DNA of 64,000 nucleotides, from contig CAZOMT010000015.1 in NCBI GenBank assembly GCA_964581255.1, forward strand, positions 91,186 to 155,185. Reading direction: 5' to 3'. Below are positions 58,949-64,000 of this stretch, in pieces. The position numbers and the translations under genes are program-made. Position 1 is the stretch's first letter, and every line of letters starts with the position of its first letter. The notes beneath the pieces were generated by a model. It was not told where the DNA came from. It searched no databases and saw only the letters and a list, made by a program, of their open reading frames with translations. Source of the stretch: an uncultured Thermodesulfatator sp. (GTDB taxonomy: Bacteria > Desulfobacterota > Dissulfuribacteria > Dissulfuribacterales > QOAL01).

Positions 58949-60424
58949 ATGGATCTCAGCATAGCACTCGTTATATTGCTTGGTTTGGGGGCAGATTATC
59001 TTTTCAAGAGAATCAGGCTCCCAGGGCTCATAGGCATGCTGCTCATAGGCATACTGGCTGGCCCCTATGTCCTCAATTTGATGTCGCCAGACATGATGAA
59101 CGTATCTGGCGATTTCAGAAAGATAGCCCTGATCGTCATCCTTCTCAGGGCAGGTTTTGAACTTAGGCGGGACACATTGAACAGAGTAGGGCGTACAGCC
59201 CTTCTCTTGAGTGCTGTGCCTGCACTCTTTGAGATAGCTGCAGTGACGTATTTTGGCCCCAAGCTTCTTGGTATCAGCTATCTGGAGGCTGCCATTCTCG
59301 GAGCTATTCTCGGAGCAGTATCCCCGGCCGTTGTGGTACCCCTAATGATCGACTTCATGGACAGGGGCCGAGGTGCCAAAAAGGGGATTCCAACCCTTGT
59401 GCTGGCCGCTTCGTCCGTGGATGACGTGTTTGTAATAGTCCTGTTTACCATATTTTTAGGGATGTACGGCGGTGGGGACGTGAACATCTGGGCAAAACTT
59501 GCGGAAATTCCGGTTTCCATCGTGCTGGGGATACTTATAGGCTTGATACCAGGCTATATCCTGTACAGACTCTTTGAAAAGTATGACTGGCGGCCTCCCA
59601 AAAGAACCTTGATTGTTCTCGGTGTTTCCATAATGCTCACTTGGATCGAAAAGAAATTCGAAGGCCATGTGCCCATAGCAAGTCTTCTCGGTGTAATGGC
59701 AATCGGTTTCATAATCCTAGAAAAATCCGAGCCAATAGCCCACATAATGTCCCAGAAGCTCAAAAAGCTTTGGGTGTTTGCAGAACTCCTGCTTTTCGTA
59801 TTGGTTGGGGCACAGGTGAATATCAATGTGGCCATGGATGCAGGGCTTATGGGAAGCCTTCTGATCCTCATCGGCCTTGTCTTTAGAAGCATAGGCACAT
59901 ACCTTTGTCTTTTCGGCACACCCTTGACCCAAATGGAAAGGCTTTTCACCATAGTGTCATACATTCCAAAGGCCACGGTCCAAGCGGCCATTGGGGCAGT
60001 CCCCTTGGCCTATGGTGTGGCCTCTGGAGATCTTATCCTTGCTATTGCCGTAATGTCCATTTTGCTTACGGCACCCATAGGGGCTATAGGGATCATGTTC
60101 TTGGGAGAACGGGTTTTGGACCATGGAGCAAAATCTCCTTACAAATTCAAGGAGCTTAGACAGAAACTAGAGCTCCCAAGGGTCGGAGAACGTGTCAGGT
60201 GCAGGAGGGATGGTTCCCTTTGGAAGGTCATAGAAGAAAGGGAGTTCTGGTTGGAAAATAACAACGGAAATGCTGAAATCCTTCAGCCAACCCCAGCAAT
60301 AGAATTGAGGCTTTGGAGAGAAGAGAAGGATAGTGACCCCGGACAAGGGCAAACGACCTATAGAATCTACAAACCAGGAGATGCGCCTTTCACTGCCGAA
60401 TGGGAGGTCATTTACGACTGGTAG
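58949..60424 (+). CDS. Cation:proton antiporter (CPA1/Na+-H+ exchanger family) with soluble C-terminal extension
   Basis: I trimmed the start to MDLSIALVILLGLGADYLFKRIRLPGLIGMLLIGILAGP. It has about 11-12 TM segments and a hydrophilic tail of about 90 aa. Confidence 0.85.
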   Translation: MDLSIALVILLGLGADYLFKRIRLPGLIGMLLIGILAGPYVLNLMSPDMMNVSGDFRKIALIVILLRAGFELRRDTLNRVGRTALLLSAVPALFEIAAVTYFGPKLLGISYLEAAILGAILGAVSPAVVVPLMIDFMDRGRGAKKGIPTLVLAASSVDDVFVIVLFTIFLGMYGGGDVNIWAKLAEIPVSIVLGILIGLIPGYILYRLFEKYDWRPPKRTLIVLGVSIMLTWIEKKFEGHVPIASLLGVMAIGFIILEKSEPIAHIMSQKLKKLWVFAELLLFVLVGAQVNINVAMDAGLMGSLLILIGLVFRSIGTYLCLFGTPLTQMERLFTIVSYIPKATVQAAIGAVPLAYGVASGDLILAIAVMSILLTAPIGAIGIMFLGERVLDHGAKSPYKFKELRQKLELPRVGERVRCRRDGSLWKVIEEREFWLENNNGNAEILQPTPAIELRLWREEKDSDPGQGQTTYRIYKPGDAPFTAEWEVIYDW

Positions 60425-60643
60425 TATCCTTTCTGCCGTAAGTTTTTTTCTCCTTTTCCCTAAGCCCCAATAATGAGCTTCAAGGTGTCTTTTGAATCTT
60501 CTTGACTTTCTTGCAATTTTGTTGCAATAACAATTAGCTGTTTTTGGCATATGTGAAAAATTGTTTCAGAAGCCTCAGGTTACCTATTTGGCCTTTGGGC
60601 TTGATCTGTTTTTAACCGATTACTTATAGGGAGAGCGACTTTT

Positions 60644-61570
60644 GTGAAAAAGGAGTTTGGTATCTTGAAAAGGGGCTGCATGTGGAGGTTGTTTTCTGTT
60701 TTTTTCATCTTTTCAATGTGTTGCCTTCCGACCAATTCCTTTGGTGCACCCGAGAAGCTCCAGGTAGTGGTTAGCATACTTCCCCAGAAGTTTTTTGTGG
60801 AAAAGATAGGGGGTGACAAGGTTAACGTGTCTGTAATGGTTGCCCCTGGCGCAAATCCGGCAACCTACGAGCCAAAGCCAAGGCAGATGGCCAAGTTGTC
60901 TATGGCCAAGATATATTTTGCCATTGGTGTACCCTTTGAAAGGGTTTGGCTCAAAAGATTCAAAGACACAAATCCCGGGCTCTCCATAATACTTACCCAG
61001 GAAGGCATAAAGCTTTTGCCCATGAGCAGAAGCTTGCCGTCAGACAGGCGGGCAGGCCCAGCCAGCTCAGGGATAATGGATCCGCACATTTGGCTTTCTC
61101 CACCCTTGGTGATGCTGCAGGCACGAAATATCCTCGATGCCCTCGTCAATGCCCAGCCTGAGAGTATGTCATACTTTCAGGATAGATACGCCTCTTTTAT
61201 AAACCTTGTTGTTAGCACGGACATCAAGATCATGAACATCTTTAATCCAGGGCACAAAAGGATCCAGCAAGATGCCTTCATGGTATATCATCCCTGCTGG
61301 GGCTATTTTGCCAAAGCTTATGGTCTTAAGCAGATCCCAATTGAAGAGGAGGGCAAGGAACCCAAACCGGCACACCTGGTAAAGCTGGTCAGGATGGCTC
61401 GTGAATCCAACATTTCTGCCATCCTGATTCAACCCCAATATTCCCAAAAGAGCGCAGTGGCCATAGCCGATTCCATAGGTGCCACATTGATACCCGCAGA
61501 TCCCCTGGCATATGAATGGGACAAGAACCTGCTCTTTGTTGCAAGGAAGATAAAAGAAAATCTTAGATGA
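60644..61570 (+). CDS. Metal ABC transporter substrate-binding protein (ZnuA/TroA cluster A-I family)
   Basis: 308 aa with a GTG start and a signal peptide. Motifs are VVVSILPQKFFVEKIGGD and DPHIWLSP. There is no His-rich loop, so I leave metal specificity open. Confidence 0.85.
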   Translation: MKKEFGILKRGCMWRLFSVFFIFSMCCLPTNSFGAPEKLQVVVSILPQKFFVEKIGGDKVNVSVMVAPGANPATYEPKPRQMAKLSMAKIYFAIGVPFERVWLKRFKDTNPGLSIILTQEGIKLLPMSRSLPSDRRAGPASSGIMDPHIWLSPPLVMLQARNILDALVNAQPESMSYFQDRYASFINLVVSTDIKIMNIFNPGHKRIQQDAFMVYHPCWGYFAKAYGLKQIPIEEEGKEPKPAHLVKLVRMARESNISAILIQPQYSQKSAVAIADSIGATLIPADPLAYEWDKNLLFVARKIKENLR

Positions 61571-62388
61571 TTAGCAAGCCGAGAACCCGCTTAGGGGATT
61601 CAGATATGGAGCCAAGGCAGGAGCCTGACATAGAGATGAAAAATTGCTCCTTTTCCTTCAATAGCGCACCTGTGTTGACAGACGTGAATATACGGATATA
61701 CCGTGGAGATTTTGTTGCCATTATTGGACCAAATGGGGGTGGCAAGACAACCCTTGTAAAGCTCATGCTGGGGTTATTGAGGCCCAAAAAGGGCAAGGTT
61801 AAGCTTCTTGGAGATGATCCTGCCAAGACGCGCAGGCGTGTAGGATACATGCCCCAGTACAGTACAGGTGAAAAGGGGTTTCCCATAACCGTGTTCGAGG
61901 TGGCACTTCTGGGCCGTCTGGGCTTTACCGGCCTGGGCTGCAGATTCACCAGTGAGGATAAGGACGCGGCCCAAAGGGTGCTGCGGCTTGTGGGGATGGA
62001 AGAATATCAGCACAAGAGAATTGGGGATCTTTCTGGAGGGCAAATTCAACGGACACTACTCGCCAGGGCCTTGATTTCAGAACCAGAGGTCTTGTTTTTG
62101 GATGAGCCTATGGCGAGCATTGATATTGATGGCCAGACTATGCTTTTCGATCTCTTGGGCCGCCTGAATGAAAAGATGACCATCCTTTTTGTCACACATG
62201 ATGTGGGCCTTTTATCCAGATATGTAAAATCCATCATTTGTGTCAATGAGAGGGTCTTTTTTCACCATGAACCAAAGATCACGCCAGAGATGTCTTCACT
62301 ATTAATGGGTAAGGCAGAGACGTGCCCTGTGGAGATGGTGGCACATGGCATACCCCACAGGGTTCTTGGCACACACAAGGACCATTGA
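61567..62388 (+). CDS. Metal ABC transporter ATP-binding protein
   Basis: 273 aa with Walker A GPNGGGKTT, signature LSGGQIQR and Walker B LFLDEP. Confidence 0.9.
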   Translation: MISKPRTRLGDSDMEPRQEPDIEMKNCSFSFNSAPVLTDVNIRIYRGDFVAIIGPNGGGKTTLVKLMLGLLRPKKGKVKLLGDDPAKTRRRVGYMPQYSTGEKGFPITVFEVALLGRLGFTGLGCRFTSEDKDAAQRVLRLVGMEEYQHKRIGDLSGGQIQRTLLARALISEPEVLFLDEPMASIDIDGQTMLFDLLGRLNEKMTILFVTHDVGLLSRYVKSIICVNERVFFHHEPKITPEMSSLLMGKAETCPVEMVAHGIPHRVLGTHKDH

Positions 62389-62390
62389 TC

Positions 62391-63203
62391 ATGGAAATTT
62401 TGTCCTTGCCATTCATTCACAACGCTATCTTGGCTGGCCTACTGGCAAGTATTGCCTGCGGATTGATTGGAAGTCTTGTGGTGGTCAACAGGGCCGTGTT
62501 CCTTGCGGGGGGTATCGCCCATGCAGCCTACGGAGGAGTGGGGCTGGCTTTTTTCCTTTCTCTTCCTGCACTGCCTTGCATATTGGGTTTTTCCATTTTT
62601 ATGGCCCTTATCATGGCTGCGGTGACTGTAGGGCGCAGAGAGAGAATGGACACCTTCATTGGGGTCTTGTGGGCCGTGGGTATGGCCATTGGCATCATTC
62701 TTATTGATATAAGCCCTGGTTACAACGTTGACCTAATGAGCTTTCTCTTTGGCAGTATCCTCACAGTGCCATCTTCAGATATAAAGATCATGGCTGCGGT
62801 CGATCTCGTGACCTTGGTAGTTGTATGCCTCTTCTATAAGGAATTCCTGTCGATGAGCTACGACATGGAGTTTGCTAAAGTCAGGGGCGTGCCTGTCAGG
62901 GGGTTCCATTTTCTATTTTTAGGCCTGGTCGCGCTCGCAGTAGTCATGACTATACGGGTAGTAGGACTCATTCTGGTGATGGCCCTTTTCACCATAGCGC
63001 CTTATCTGACAGAAAGGTTTGCCAAGTCGCTGGCTGGAATGATGATGGCTTCCTGTCTGGCCAATATAGTTTTTGTTCTTACAGGGTTATGGCTTTCCTA
63101 CATGTACGATCTTACAAGTGGTGCCACCATAATATTGGTTGCAGCAGTCTTTTTTTTGATCTTTCTTCTTGGTGAGCAGTTGATATCGCGCGTCTGGGGC
63201 TAA
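62391..63203 (+). CDS. Metal ABC transporter permease (ZnuB/TroCD family)
   Basis: I trimmed the start to MEILSLPFIHNAILAGLL, 3 nt after the ATPase stop. It is a polytopic ABC-3 family membrane protein. Confidence 0.88.
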   Translation: MEILSLPFIHNAILAGLLASIACGLIGSLVVVNRAVFLAGGIAHAAYGGVGLAFFLSLPALPCILGFSIFMALIMAAVTVGRRERMDTFIGVLWAVGMAIGIILIDISPGYNVDLMSFLFGSILTVPSSDIKIMAAVDLVTLVVVCLFYKEFLSMSYDMEFAKVRGVPVRGFHFLFLGLVALAVVMTIRVVGLILVMALFTIAPYLTERFAKSLAGMMMASCLANIVFVLTGLWLSYMYDLTSGATIILVAAVFFLIFLLGEQLISRVWG

Positions 63204-63256
63204 ATGTGTCCAGGGCAAGGGCCTTGAGGCATGAATAGGATTAAGGGAGATACTAT

Positions 63257-63694
63257 ATGGATACTGTGACTAAGGTAACGGAACACATCCGTGAACATGA
63301 CAAGCTCATTGATCTTTTCGATATGGATATTCAGGAAACAGCACCCGGCAGGGCGAAGTTGTCCATGAGGGTAGGGAAAAATCACCTCAATGCTGCAAAA
63401 TTGTGCCATGGGGCCGCCCTTTTTGCCCTTGCAGACGTTGCGTTTGCCCTTGCTGCCAATTGCCATGGGCAGATGGCCCTTGCCATCGAGGCCTCCATAA
63501 ACTACTTCAGGCCAGTCAAGGAAGGTTCCGTGATCACTGTGACCTGTGAACAGGAATATCAGGGAAGACGCACCGGGGTTTACTTTGCGACTGTCTACAG
63601 CGAGGATCACGTAAAGGTGGCCATATTCAAGGCCACGGCATTCCGGATAGAAGCTGGCTCAGTATACGAATTTGGCAGGAATGAAGATTCATGA
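63257..63694 (+). CDS. PaaI-family hotdog-fold thioesterase
   Basis: 145 aa with [38 protein letters not shown]. Confidence 0.8.
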   Translation: MDTVTKVTEHIREHDKLIDLFDMDIQETAPGRAKLSMRVGKNHLNAAKLCHGAALFALADVAFALAANCHGQMALAIEASINYFRPVKEGSVITVTCEQEYQGRRTGVYFATVYSEDHVKVAIFKATAFRIEAGSVYEFGRNEDS

Positions 63695-64000
63695 AAACAA
63701 GCCGTGAACACATAACCATCGCCCTGGCAGGCAATCCAAATGCAGGGAAGACCACTATCTTTAATCAGCTCACAGGGGCGAGGCAGAAGGTGGGGAACTG
63801 GTCTGGTGTTACAGTGGAGAAAAAGGAGGGCAGGCTTGTCCATGAAGGCAGGGAGATCATTGTAGTCGATCTGCCAGGTATCTATTCCCTTACAGCCTAT
63901 TCAGTCGAAGAGGTGGTGGCTAGAAACTTCATCCTTGAGGAGCATCCAGATGTGGTGGTGGATATCCTGGATGCCTCGAATCTCGAGAGGAATCTCTACC
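63691..64000 (+). CDS. feoB: Ferrous iron transporter FeoB (N-terminal G domain only; continues beyond window)
   Basis: Hand translation from the ATG at 63691 (ATGA overlap with the thioesterase gene) gives [47 protein letters not shown]...VDLPGIYSL. Confidence 0.9.
   Translation, partial: MKTSREHITIALAGNPNAGKTTIFNQLTGARQKVGNWSGVTVEKKEGRLVHEGREIIVVDLPGIYSLTAYSVEEVVARNFILEEHPDVVVDILDASNLERNLY

Noticed and set aside
58570-58962. ORFs in the dus-antiporter gap: 58570..58848(+) at 92 aa (His/Cys-rich) and 58732..58962(-) at 76 aa. The minus-strand frame continues past a TGA into ...NTNCICPDCLSMKMI...
   Set aside because: Neither has a convincing RBS, and the minus-strand ORF runs through the + strand terminator hairpin. 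I could not decide that either is coding, so I report them only as an alternative explanation in the leader/terminator finding.

Overview
This 64-kb window looks like a chromosomal, mostly housekeeping segment from an anaerobic bacterium. I infer a Desulfobacterota (deltaproteobacteria-like) origin from the multihaem cytochromes, CooC/CooT, CimA-type citramalate synthase, cobalamin salvage genes and the ispE-tRNAGln-prs-ctc-pth gene order. I could not run any search, so all family calls rest on motifs read by eye.

I support about 66 CDS, 4 tRNAs (Ala-CGC, Gly-GCC, Pro-CGG, Gln-UUG) and 4 intrinsic terminators. I saw no rRNA, CRISPR array, transposase, integrase or phage gene.

Gene order:
- yidC-yidD-rnpA-rpmH (minus strand), then mreBCD-mrdA-rodA and tRNA-Ala.
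- HD hydrolase, mini dihaem cytochrome and speE, then a GGDEF cyclase.
- A 10+2-haem cytochrome locus and tRNA-Gly.
- J-domain protein, lysC, cimA, an HhH protein and cooC.
- A P-type ATPase and a divergent unknown protein.
- typA, tRNA-Pro, eno, cooT-thrC.
- An alanine/Na+ symporter, a Zn-ADH, and cobT-cobU.
- A Cys-rich miniprotein, a PAS histidine kinase and a membrane protein.
- glk, usp, prmA, a coiled-coil protein, an M23 peptidase, pth, rplY, prs, tRNA-Gln, ispE and a DUF1844 protein.
- xseA, a second M23 peptidase and a FlaG-like protein.
- A beta-helix/PKD secreted protein.
- An ECF sigma, anti-sigma, periplasmic Spy-like protein and Gly-rich hexapeptide protein.
- An amino-acid binding protein, a small unknown protein and a MoaE-like protein.
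- DUF1343/NamZ, glgP, ygiQ, dus, a cation/H+ antiporter, a metal ABC transporter, a PaaI thioesterase and feoB (truncated by the window end).

I do not see a recognisable defence or mobile system. The best candidates for something undescribed are:
1. A 12-haem cytochrome reading frame split by one in-frame TGA.
2. An ECF sigma cassette ending in a secreted protein built from 12 G-x-[VIA]-x-G-x hexapeptides.
3. A histidine kinase with no response regulator, translationally coupled to a membrane protein and a 10-Cys basic miniprotein.
4. Two candidate structured leader or intergenic RNAs, one upstream of cooT and one upstream of the antiporter.
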